Translations under genes and position numbers: made by a program
The notes under the pieces: model-generated
What the model was told of the DNA's origin: nothing
Seen by the model: only the letters and a program-made list of their open reading frames with translations
Databases searched by the model: none
In this document: piece by piece, positions 1 through 12,762 of the stretch
Position numbering within the stretch: the first letter of the stretch is position 1
Layout of the letters: each line of letters begins with the position of its first letter
Assembly (NCBI GenBank): GCA_040954595.2
Contig: CM082581.2
Coordinates: 8,845,878-8,909,877, forward strand
DNA: 64,000 bases
Reading direction: 5' to 3'
DNA from: Balanoglossus misakiensis
Lineage: Eukaryota; Animalia; Hemichordata

Positions 1-3000
1 CAAAAATGACAATTTTTCGACTTTCCGAGATATCAAAATTTCTTCATTTTTTCGAAAAAAGCATGGGTTATAGCTCATGAAAATCATCCAAAAATGACAA
101 TTTTTCGACTTTCCGTGATATCAAAATTTCTTCATTTTTTCGAAAAAAGCATGGGTTATAGCTCATGAAAATCATCCAAAAATGACAATTTTTCGACTTT
201 CCGAGATATCAAAATTTCTTCATTTTTTCCAAAAAAGCATGGGTTATAGCTCATGAAAATCATCCAAAAATGACAATTTTTCGACTTTCCGAGATATCAA
301 AATTTCTTCATTTTTTCGAAAAAAGCATGGGTTATAGCTCATGAAAATCATCCAAAAATGACAATTTTTCGACTTTCCGAGATATCAAAATTTCTTCATT
401 TTTTCGAAAAAAGCATGGGTTATAGCTCATGAAAATCATCCAAAAATGACAATTTTTCGACTTTCCGAGATATCAAAATTTCTTCATTTTTTCCAAAAAA
501 GCATGGGTTATAGCTCATGAAAATCATCCAAAAATGACAATTTTTCGACTTTCCGAGATATCAAAATTTCTTCATTTTTTCGAAAAAAGCATGGGTTATA
601 GCTCATGAAAATCATCCAAAAATGACAATTTTTCGACTTTCCGAGATATCAAAATTTCTTCATTTTTTCGAAAAAAGCATGGGTTATAGCTCATGAAAAT
701 CATCCAAAAATGACAATTTTTCGACTTTCCGTGATATCAAAATTTCTTCATTTTTTCGAAAAAAGCATGGGTTATAGCTCATGAAAATCATCCAAAAATG
801 ACAATTTTTCGACTTTCCGAGATATCAAAATTTCTTCATTTTTTCCAAAAAAGCATGGGTTATAGCTCATGAAAATCATCCAAAAATGACAATTTTTCGA
901 CTTTCCGAGATATCAAAATTTCTTCATTTTTTCGAAAAAAGCATGGGTTATAGCTCATGAAAATCATCCAAAAATGACAATTTTTCGACTTTCCGAGATA
1001 TCAAAATTTCTTCATTTTTTCGAAAAAAGCATGGGTTATAGCTCATGAAAATCATCCAAAAATGACAATTTTTCGACTTTCCGAGATATCAAAATTTCTT
1101 CATTTTTTCGAAAAAAGCATGGGTTATAGCTCATGAAAATCATCCAAAAATGACAATTTTTCGACTTTCCGAGATATCAAAATTTCTTCATTTATACGAA
1201 AAAAGCATGGGTTACAGCTCATGAAAATCATCCAAAAATGACAATTTTTCGACTTTCCGAGATATCAAAATTTCTTCATTTTTTCGAAAAAAGCATGGGT
1301 TATAGCTCATGAAAATCATCCAAAAATGACAATTTTTCGACTTTCCGAGATATCAAAATTTCTTCATTTTTTCGAAAAAAGCATGGGTTATAGCTCATGA
1401 AAATCATCCAAAAATGACAATTTTTCGACTTTCCGAGATATCAAAATTTCTTCATTTTTTCGAAAAAAGCATGGGTTATAGCTCATGAAAATCATCCAAA
1501 AATGACAATTTTTCGACTTTCCGAGATATCAAAATTTCTTCATTTTTTCGAAAAAAGCATGGGTTATAGCTCATGAAAATCATCCAAAAATGACAATTTT
1601 TCGACTTTCCGAGATATCAATTTTTTTACATTTTTTCGAAAAAAGCATGGGTTATAGCTCATGAAAATCATCCAAAAATGACAATTTTTCGACTTTCCGA
1701 GATATCAAAATTTCTTCATTTTTTCGAAAAAAGCATGGGTTATAGCTCATGAAAATCATCCAAAAATGACAATTTTTCGACTTTCCGAGATATCAAAATT
1801 TCTTCATTTTTTCGAAAAAAGCATGGGTTATAGCTCATGAAAATCATCCAAAAATGACAATTTTTCGACTTTCCGAGATATCAAAATTTCTTCATTTTTT
1901 CGAAAAAAGCATGGGTTATAGCTCATGAAAATCATCCAAAAATGACAATTTTTCGACTTTCCGAGATATCAAAATTTCTTCATTTTTTCGAAAAAAGCAT
2001 GGGTTATAGCTCACGAAAATCATCCAAAAATGACAATTTTTCGACTTTCCGAGATATCAAAATTTCTTCATTTTTTCGAAAAAAGCATGGGTTATAGCTC
2101 ATGAAAATCATCCAAAAATGACAATTTTTCGACTTTCCGAGATATCAAAATTTCTTCATTTTTTCGAAAAAAGCATGGGTTATAGCTCATGAAAATCATC
2201 CAAAAATGACAATTTTTCGACTTTCCGTGATATCAAAATTTCTTCATTTTTTCGAAAAAAGCATGGGTTATAGCTCATGAAAATCATCCAAAAATGACAA
2301 TTTTTCGACTTTCCGAGATATCAAAATTTCTTCATTTTTTCCAAAAAAGCATGGGTTATAGCTCATGAAAATCATCCAAAAATGACAATTTTTCGACTTT
2401 CCGAGATATCAAAATTTCTTCATTTTTTCGAAAAAAGCATGGGTTATAGCTCATGAAAATCATCCAAAAATGACAATTTTTCGACTTTCCGAGATATCAA
2501 AATTTCTTCATTTTTTCGAAAAAAGCATGGGTTATAGCTCATGAAAATCATCCAAAAATGACAATTTTTCGACTTTCCGAGATATCAAAATTTCTTCATT
2601 TTTTCGAAAAAAGCATGGGTTATAGCTCATGAAAATCATCCAAAAATGACAATTTTTCGACTTTCCGAGATATCAAAATTTCTTCATTTATACGAAAAAA
2701 GCATGGGTTACAGCTCATGAAAATCATCCAAAAATGACAATTTTTCGACTTTCCGAGATATCAAAATTTCTTCATTTTTTCGAAAAAAGCATGGGTTATA
2801 GCTCATGAAAATCATCCAAAAATGACAATTTTTCGACTTTCCGAGATATCAAAATTTCTTCATTTTTTCGAAAAAAGCATGGGTTATAGCTCATGAAAAT
2901 CATCCAAAAATGACAATTTTTCGACTTTCCGAGATATCAAAATTTCTTCATTTTTTCGAAAAAAGCATGGGTTATAGCTCATGAAAATCATCCAAAAATG

Positions 3001-6000
3001 ACAATTTTTCGACTTTCCGAGATATCAAAATTTCTTCATTTTTTCGAAAAAAGCATGGGTTATAGCTCATGAAAATCATCCAAAAATGACAATTTTTCGA
3101 CTTTCCGAGATATCAATTTTTTTACATTTTTTCGAAAAAAGCATGGGTTATAGCTCATGAAAATCATCCAAAAATGACAATTTTTCGACTTTCCGAGATA
3201 TCAAAATTTCTTCATTTTTTCGAAAAAAGCATGGGTTATAGCTCATGAAAATCATCCAAAAATGACAATTTTTCGACTTTCCGAGATATCAAAATTTCTT
3301 CATTTTTTCGAAAAAAGCATGGGTTATAGCTCATGAAAATCATCCAAAAATGACAATTTTTCGACTTTCCGAGATATCAAAATTTCTTCATTTTTTCGAA
3401 AAAAGCATGGGTTATAGCTCATGAAAATCATCCAAAAATGACAATTTTTCGACTTTCCGAGATATCAAAATTTCTTCATTTTTTCGAAAAAAGCATGGGT
3501 TATAGCTCACGAAAATCATCCAAAAATGACAATTTTTCGACTTTCCGAGATATCAAAATTTCTTCATTTTTTCGAAAAAAGCATGGGTTATAGCTCATGA
3601 AAATCATCCAAAAATGACAATTTTTCGACTTTCCGAGATATCAAAATTTCTTCATTTTTTCGAAAAAAGCATGGGTTATAGCTCATGAAAATCATCCAAA
3701 AATGACAATTTTTCGACTTTCCGAGATATCAAAATTTCTTCATTTTTTCGAAAAAAGCATGGGTTATAGCTCATGAAAATCATCCAAAATGACAATTTTT
3801 CGACTTTCCGAGATATCAAAATTTCTTCATTTTTTCGAAAAAGCATGGGTTATAGCTCATGAAAATCATCCAAAAATGACAATTTTTCGACTTTCCGAGA
3901 TATCAATTTTTTTTCATTTTTTCGAAAAAAGCATGGGTTATAGCTCATGAAAATCATCCAAAAATGACAATTTTTCGACTTTCCGAGATATCAAAATTTC
4001 TTCATTTTTTAGAAAAAAGCATGGGTTATAGCTCATGAAAATCATCCAAAAATGACAATTTTTCGACTTTCCGAGATATCAAAATTTCTTCATTTTTTCG
4101 AAAAAAGCATGGGTTATAGCTCATGAAAATCATCCAAAAATGACAATTTTTCGACTTTCCGAGATATCAAAATTTCTTCATTTTTTCGAAAAAAGCATGG
4201 GTTATAGCTCATGAAAATCATCCAAAAATGACAATTTTTCGACTTTCCGAGATATCAAAATTTCTTCATTTTTTCGAAAAAAGCATGGGTTATAGCTCAT
4301 GAAAATCATCCAAAAATGACAATTTTTCGACTTTCCGAGATATCAAAATTTCTTCATTTTTTCGAAAAAAGCATGGGTTATAGCTCATGAAAATCATCCA
4401 AAAATGACAATTTTTCGACTTTCCGAGATATCAAAATTTCTTCATTTTTTCGAAAAAAGCATGGGTTATAGCTCATGAAAATCATCCAAAAATGACAATT
4501 TTTCGACTTTCCGAGATATCAATTTTTTTTCATTTTTTCGAAAAAAGCATGGGTTATAGCTCATGAAAATCATCCAAAAATGACAATTTTTCGACTTTCC
4601 GAGATATCAAAATTTCTTCATTTTTTCGAAAAAAGCATGGGTTATAGCTCATGAAAATCATCCAAAAATGACAATTTTTCGACTTTCCGAGATATCAAAA
4701 TTTCTTCATTTTTTCGAAAAAAGCATGGGTTATAGCTCATGAAAATCATCCAAAAATGACAATTTTTCGACTTTCCGAGATATCAAAATTTCTTCATTTT
4801 TTCGAAAAAAGCATGGGTTATAGCTCATGAAAATCATCCAAAAATGACAATTTTTCGACTTTCCGAGATATCAAAATTTCTTCATTTTTTCGAAAAAAGC
4901 ATGGGTTATAGCTCACGAAAATCATCCAAAAATGACAATTTTTCGACTTTCCGAGATATCAAAATTTCTTCATTTTTTCGAAAAAAGCATGGGTTATAGC
5001 TCATGAAAATCATCAAAAAATGACAATTTTTCGACTTTCCGAGATATCAAAATTTCTTCATTTTTTCGAAAAAAGCATGGGTTATAGCTCATGAAAATCA
5101 TCCAAAAATGACAATTTTTCGACTTTCCGAGATATCAAAATTTCTTCATTTTTTCGAAAAAAGCATGGGTTATAGCTCATGAAAATCATCCAAAAATGAC
5201 AATTTTTCGACTTTCCGAGATATCAAAATTTCTTCATTTTTTCGAAAAAAGCATGGGTTATAGCTCATGAAAATCATCCAAAAATGACAATTTTTCGACT
5301 TTCCGAGATATCAATTTTTTTTCATTTTTTCGAAAAAAAGCATGGGTTATAGCTCATGAAAATCATCCAAAAATGACAATTTTTCGACTTTCCGAGATAT
5401 CAAAATTTCTTCATTTTTTAGAAAAAAGCATGGGTTATAGCTCATGAAAATCATCCAAAAATGACAATTTTTCGACTTTCCGAGATATCAAAATTTCTTC
5501 ATTTTTTCGAAAAAAGCATGGGTTATAGCTCATGAAAATCATCCAAAAATGACAATTTTTCGACTTTCCGAGATATCAAAATTTCTTCATTTTTTCGAAA
5601 AAAGCATGGGTTATAGCTCATGAAAATCATCCAAAAATGACAATTTTTCGACTTTCCGAGATATCAAAATTTCTTCATTTTTTCGAAAAAAGCATGGGTT
5701 ATAGCTCATGAAAATCATCCAAAAATGACAATTTTTCGACTTTCCGAGATATCAAAATTTCTTCATTTTTTCGAAAAAAGCATGGGTTATAGCTCATGAA
5801 AATCATCCAAAAATGACAATTTTTCGACTTTCCGAGATATCAAAATTTCTTCATTTTTTCGAAAAAAGCATGGGTTATAGCTCATGAAAATCATCCAAAA
5901 ATGACAATTTTTCGACTTTCCGAGATATCAATTTTTTTTCATTTTTTCGAAAAAAGCATGGGTTATAGCTCATGAAAATCATCCAAAAATGACAATTTTT

Positions 6001-9000
6001 CGACTTTCCGAGATATCAAAATTTCTTCATTTTTTCGAAAAAAGCATGGGTTATAGCTCATGAAAATCATCCAAAAATGACAATTTTTCGACTTTCCGAG
6101 ATATCAAAATTTCTTCATTTTTTCCAAAAAAGCATGGGTTATAGCTCATGAAAATCATCCAAAAATGACAATTTTTCGACTTTCCGAGATATCAAAATTT
6201 CTTCATTTTTTCGAAAAAAGCATGGGTTATAGCTCATGAAAATCATCCAAAAATGACAATTTTTCGACTTTCCGAGATATCAAAATTTCTTCATTTTTTC
6301 GAAAAAAGCATGGGTTATAGCTCATGAAAATCATCCAAAAATGACAATTTTTCGACTTTCCGAGATATCAAAATTTCTTCATTTTTTCGAAAAAAGCATG
6401 GGTTATAGCTCATGAAAATCATCCAAAAATGACAATTTTTCGACTTTCCGAGATATCAATTTTTTTTCATTTTTTCGAAAAAAGCATGGGTTATAGCTCA
6501 TGAAAATCATCCAAAAATGACAATTTTTCGACTTTCCGAGATATCAAAATTTCTTCATTTTTTAGAAAAAAGCATGGGTTATAGCTCATGAAAATCATCC
6601 AAAAATGACAATTTTTCGACTTTCCGAGATATCAAAATTTCTTCATTTTTTCGAAAAAAGCATGGGTTATAGCTCATGAAAATCATCCAAAAATGACAAT
6701 TTTTCGACTTTCCGAGATATCAAAATTTCTTCATTTTTTCGAAAAAAGCATGGGTTATAGCTCATGAAAATCATCCAAAAATGACAATTTTTCGACTTTC
6801 CGAGATATCAAAATTTCTTCATTTTTTCGAAAAAAGCATGGGTTATAGCTCATGAAAATCATCCAAAAATGACAATTTTTCGACTTTCCGAGGTATCAAA
6901 ATTTCTTCATTTTTTCGAAAAAAGCATGGGTTATAGCTCATGAAAATCATCCAAAAATGACAATTTTTCGACTTTCCGAGGTATCAAAATTTCTTCATTT
7001 TTTTCGAAAAAAGCATGGGTTATAGCTCATGAAAATCATCCAAAAATGACAATTTTTCGACTTTCCGAGGTATCAAAATTTCTTCATTTTTTCGAAAAAA
7101 GCATGGGTTATAGCTCATGAAAATCATCCAAAAATGACAATTTTTCGACTTTCCGAGATATCAAAATTTCTTCATTTTTTAGAAAAAAGCATGGGTTATA
7201 GCTCATGAAAATCATCCAAAAATGACAATTTTTCGACTTTCCGAGATATCAAAATTTCTTCATTTTTTCGAAAAAAGCATGGGTTATAGCTCATGAAAAT
7301 CATCCAAAAATGACAATTTTTCGACTTTCCGAGATATCAAAATTTCTTCATTTTTTCGAAAAAAGCATGGGTTATAGCTCATGAAAATCATCCAAAAATG
7401 ACAATTTTTCGACTTTCCGAGATATCAAAATTTCTTCATTTTTTCGAAAAAAGCATGGGTTATAGCTCATGAAAATCATCCAAAAATGACAATTTTTCGA
7501 CTTTCCGAGATATCAAAATTTCTTCATTTTTTCCAAAAAAGCATGGGTTATAGCTCATGAAAATCATCCAAAAATGACAATTTTTCGACTTTCCGAGATA
7601 TCAAAATTTCTTCATTTTTTCGAAAAAAGCATGGGTTATAGTTCATGAAAATCATCCAAAAATGACAATTTTTCGACTTTCCGAGATATCAAAATTTCTT
7701 CATTTTTTTGAAAAAAGCATTGGTTATAGCTCATGAAAATCATCCAAAAATGACAATTTTTCGACTTTCCGAGATATCAAAATTTCTTCATTTTTTCCAA
7801 AAAAGCATGGGTTATAGCTCATGAAAATCATCCAAAAATGACAATTTTTCGACTTTCCGAGATATCAAAATTTCTTCATTTTTTCGAAAAAAGCATGGGT
7901 TATAGCTCATGAAAATCATCCAAAAATGACAATTTTTCGACTTTCCGAGGTATCAAAATTTCTTCATTTTTTCGAAAAAAGCATGGGTTATAGCTCATGA
8001 AAATCATCCAAAAATGACAATTTTTCGACTTTCCGAGATATCAAAATTTCTTCATTTTTTCGAAAAAAGCATGGGTTATAGCTCATGAAAATCATCCAAA
8101 AATGACAATTTTTCGACTTTCCGAGATATCAAAATTTCTTCATTTTTTCGAAAAAAGCATGGGTTATAGCTCATGAAAATCATCCAAAAATGACATTTTT
8201 TCGACTTTCCGAGATATCAAAATTTCTTCATTTTTTCCAAAAAAGCATGGGTTATAGCTCATGAAAATCATCCAAAAATGACAATTTTTCGACTTTCCGA
8301 GATATCAAAATTTCTTCATTTTTTCCAAAAAAGCATGGGTTATAGCTCATGAAAATCATCCAAAAATGACAATTTTTCGACTTTCCGAGATATCAAAATT
8401 TCTTCATTTTTTCGAAAAAAGCATGGGTTATAGCTCATGAAAATCATCCAAAAATGACAATTTTTCGACTTTCCGAGGTATCAAAATTTCTTCATTTTTT
8501 TCGAAAAAAGCATGGGTTATAGCTCATGAAAATCATCCAAAAATGACAATTTTTCGACTTTCCGAGGTATCAAAATTTCTTCATTTTTTCGAAAAAAGCA
8601 TGGGTTATAGCTCATGAAAATCATCCAAAAATGACAATTTTTCGACTTTCCGAGATATCAAAATTTCTTCATTTTTTCGAAAAAAGCATGGGTTATAGCT
8701 CATGAAAATCATCCAAAAATGACAATTTTTCGACTTTCCGAGATATCAAAATTTCTTCATTTTTTCGAAAAAAGCATGGGTTATAGCTCATGAAAATCAT
8801 CCAAAAATGACAATTTTTCGACTTTCCGAGATATCAAAATTTCTTCATTTTTTAGAAAAAAGCATGGGTTATAGCTCATGAAAATCATCCAAAAATGACA
8901 ATTTTTCGACTTTCCGAGATATCAAAATTTCTTCATTTTTTCGAAAAAAGCATGGGTTATAGCTCATGAAAATCATCCAAAAATGACAATTTTTCGACTT

Positions 9001-12000
9001 TCCGAGATATCAAAATTTCTTCATTTTTTCGAAAAAAGCATGGGTTATAGCTCATGAAAATCATCCAAAAATGACAATTTTTCGACTTTCCGAGATATCA
9101 AAATTTCTTCATTTTTTCGAAAAAAGCATGGGTTATAGCTCATGAAAATCATCCAAAAATGACAATTTTTCGACTTTCCGAGATATCAAAATTTCTTCAT
9201 TTTTTCGAAAAAAGCATGGGTTATAGCTCATGAAAATCATCCAAAAATGACAATTTTTCGACTTTCCGAGATATCAAAATTTCTTCATTTTTTCCAAAAA
9301 AGCATGGGTTATAGCTCATGAAAATCATCCAAAAATGACAATTTTTCGACTTTCCGAGATATCAAAATTTCTTCATTTTTTCGAAAAAAGCATGGGTTAT
9401 AGCTCATGAAAATCATCCAAAAATGACAATTTTTCGACTTTCCGAGATATCAAAATTTCTTCATTTTTTCGAAAAAAGCATGGGTTATAGCTCATGAAAA
9501 TCATCCAAAAATGACAATTTTTCGACTTTCCGAGATATCAAAATTTCTTCATTTTTTCGAAAAAAGCATGGGTTATAGCTCATGAAAATCATCCAAAAAT
9601 GACAATTTTTCGACTTTCCGAGGTATCAAAATTTCTTCATTTTTTCGAAAAAAGCATGGGTTATAGCTCATGAAAATCATCCAAAAATGACAATTTTTCG
9701 ACTTTCCGAGGTATCAAAATTTCTTCATTTTTTTCGAAAAAAGCATGGGTTATAGCTCATGAAAATCATCCAAAAATGACAATTTTTCGACTTTCCGAGG
9801 TATCAAAATTTCTTCATTTTTTCGAAAAAAGCATGGGTTATAGCTCATGAAAATCATCCAAAAATGACAATTTTTCGACTTTCCGAGGTATCAAAATTTC
9901 TTCATTTTTTCGAAAAAAGCATGGGTTATAGCTCATGAAAATCATCCAAAAATGACAATTTTTCGACTTTCCGAGATATCAAAATTTCTTCATTTTTTCG
10001 AAAAAAGCATGGGTTATAGCTCATGAAAATCATCCAAAAATGACAATTTTTCGACTTTCCGAGATATCAAAATTTCTTCATTTTTTCGAAAAAAGCATGG
10101 GTTATAGCTCATGAAAATCATCCAAAAATGACAATTTTTCGACTTTCCGAGATATCAAAATTTCTTCATTTTTTCGAAAAAAGCATGGGTTATAGCTCAT
10201 GAAAATCATCCAAAAATAACAATTTTTCGACTTTCCGAGATATCAAAATTTCTTCATTTTTTCGAAAAAAGCATGGGTTATAGCTCATGAAAATCACCCA
10301 AAAATGACAATTTTTCGACTTTCCGAGATATCAAAATTTCTTCATTTTTTCGAAAAAAGCATGGGTTATAGCTCATGAAAATCATCCAAAAATGACAATT
10401 TTTCGACTTTCCGAGATATCAAAATTTCTTCATTTTTTCCAAAAAAGCATGGGTTATAGCTCATGAAAATCATCCAAAAATGACAATTTTTCGACTTTCC
10501 GAGATATCAAAATTTCTTCATTTTTTAGAAAAAAGCATGGGTTATAGCTCATGAAAATCATCCAAAAATGACAATTTTTCGACTTTCCGAGATATCAAAA
10601 TTTCTTCATTTTTTCGAAAAAAGCATGGGTTATAGCTCATGAAAATCATCCAAAAATGACAATTTTTCGACTTTCCGAGATATCAAAATTTCTTCATTTT
10701 TTCGAAAAAAGCATGGGTTATAGCTCATGAAAATCATCCAAAAATGACAATTTTTCGACTTTCCGAGATATCAAAATTTCTTCATTTTTTCGAAAAAAGC
10801 ATGGGTTATAGCTCATGAAAATCATCCAAAAATGACAATTTTTCGACTTTCCGAGATATCAAAATTTCTTCATTTTTTCGAAAAAAGCATGGGTTATAGC
10901 TCATGAAAATCATCCAAAAATGACAATTTTTCGACTTTCCGAGATATCAAAATTTCTTCATTTTTTCGAAAAAAGCATGGGTTATAGCTCATGAAAATCA
11001 TCCAAAAATGACAATTTTTCGACTTTCCGAGATATCAAAATTTCTTCATTTTTTCGAAAAAAGCATGGGTTATAGCTCATGAAAATCATCCAAAAATGAC
11101 AATTTTTCGACTTTCCGAGATATCAAAATTTCTTCATTTTTTCGAAAAAAGCATGGGTTATAGCTCATGAAAATCATCCAAAAATGACAATTTTTCGACT
11201 TTCCGAGATATCAAAATTTCTTCATTTTTTCGAAAAAAGCATGGGTTATAGCTCATGAAAATCATCCAAAAATGACAATTTTTCGACTTTCCGAGGTATC
11301 AAAATTTCTTCATTTTTTTCGAAAAAAGCATGGGTTATAGCTCATGAAAATCATCCAAAAATGACAATTTTTCGACTTTCCGAGGTATCAAAATTTCTTC
11401 ATTTTTTCGAAAAAAGCATGGGTTATAGCTCATGAAAATCATCCAAAAATGACAATTTTTCGACTTTCCGAGGTATCAAAATTTCTTCATTTTTTCGAAA
11501 AAAGCATGGGTTATAGCTCATGAAAATCATCCAAAAATGACAATTTTTCGACTTTCCGAGATATCAAAATTTCTTCATTTTTTAGAAAAAAGCATGGGTT
11601 ATAGCTCATGAAAATCATCCAAAAATGACAATTTTTCGACTTTCCGAGATATCAAAATTTCTTCATTTTTTCGAAAAAAGCATGGGTTATAGCTCATGAA
11701 AATCATCCAAAAATGACAATTTTTCGACTTTCCGAGATATCAAAATTTCTTCATTTTTTCGAAAAAAGCATGGGTTATAGCTCATGAAAATCATCCAAAA
11801 ATGACAATTTTTCGACTTTCCGAGATATCAAAATTTCTTCATTTTTTCGAAAAAAGCATGGGTTATAGCTCATGAAAATCATCCAAAAATAACAATTTTT
11901 CGACTTTCCGAGATATCAAAATTTCTTCATTTTTTCGAAAAAAGCATGGGTTATAGCTCATGAAAATCATCCAAAAATGACAATTTTTCGACTTTCCGAG

Positions 12001-12435
12001 ATATCAAAATTTCTTCATTTTTTCCAAAAAAGCATGGGTTATAGCTCATGAAAATCATCCAAAAATGACAATTTTTCGACTTTCCGAGATATCAAAATTT
12101 CTTCATTTTTTCCAAAAAAGCATGGGTTATAGCTCATGAAAATCATCCAAAAATGACAATTTTTCGACTTTCCGAGATATCAAAATTTCTTCATTTTTTC
12201 GAAAAAAGCATGGGTTATAGCTCATGAAAATCATCCAAAAATGACAATTTTTCGACTTTCCGAGATATCAAAATTTCTTCATTTTTTCCAAAAAAGCATG
12301 GGTTATAGCTCATGAAAATCATCCAAAAATGACAATTTTTCGACTTTCCGAGATATCAAAATTTCTTCATTTTTTCGAAAAAAGCATGGGTTATAGCTCA
12401 TGAAAATCATCCAAAAATGACAATTTTTCGACTTT
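1..12435. repeat. 88-bp tandem satellite array, ~141 near-identical copies (truncated by window start)
   Basis: Unit CAAAAATGACAATTTTTCGACTTTCCGAGATATCAAAATTTCTTCATTTTTTCGAAAAAAGCATGGGTTATAGCTCATGAAAATCATC recurs at 1, 89, ..., 1321, 2641 (exact multiples of 88). Only scattered substitutions and 1-nt indels. Homology stops after ...TTTTTCGACTTT at 12435. Confidence 0.99.
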
Positions 12436-12565
12436 ACGAACTTTGGTGATTTTGTAATTTTTTGACAATTTTCATGAGCTATTACCCATGAAAAATATCC
12501 CCAAATGACAAATTCACCAAAGTTTGCAAAGTCGGGAAATTGTCATTTTTTAACAATTTTCAGGA
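12385..12565. repeat. Nested inverted repeats terminating the satellite
   Basis: 12452-12490 is the reverse complement of 12385-12423 (34/39 match by eye). 12506-12565 is an imperfect reverse complement of about 12398-12457. Confidence 0.85.
12514..12565. repeat. 52-bp satellite-related direct repeat, copy 1
   Basis: TCACCAAAGTTTGCAAAGTCGGGAAATTGTCATTTTTTAACAATTTTCAGGA matches 16123-16174 at 46/52 positions. Confidence 0.85.
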
Positions 12566-12579
12566 GATTTGGCGTAATT

Positions 12580-12720
12580 TTCCGCGCCATCTTTACTTAC
12601 CTGTGTTTTGATGAACACGTTCCTCAATTCAAGCAATTTTGTGCGTTTTGGATCAACTTCCGCAGAGAACGAGATCTCGCGAGAGAATGTTGACGATCCC
12701 AGCGCCCACTACATTCGGAA
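12580..12720. promoter_or_regulatory. Putative bidirectional core promoter (YY1, ETS and TCTCGCGAGA motifs)
   Basis: GCGCCATCTT (YY1-like) at 12584-12593, ACTTCCG (ETS) at 12656-12662, palindrome TCTCGCGAGA at 12675-12684. Lies ~80 nt upstream of the ATG at 12763 and next to a minus-strand CAG|GTAAGT donor. Confidence 0.6.
12601..12670 (-). other. Probable non-coding first exon of a divergent gene; its intron 1 would run into the satellite
   Basis: Plus-strand ACTTACCTG at 12595-12603 is the perfect consensus donor CAG|GTAAGT on the minus strand, just downstream of the promoter motifs. No ATG in the putative exon. The 5' boundary is approximate. Confidence 0.5.
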
Positions 12721-12762
12721 GGCAGTTAAACGGTAGACTGTATGCTACCTGTAAACGTCAAC

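Noticed and set aside
50-67. CENP-B box-like motif TTCGAAAAAAGCATG
   Set aside because: It lacks the required CGGG; partial match only.
1-12435. CRISPR-like array
   Set aside because: There are no unique spacers; the whole 88-bp unit repeats, and the context is eukaryotic.
12505-12693. 62-aa ORF at the satellite junction
   Set aside because: It translates repeat and promoter sequence and shows no protein features.
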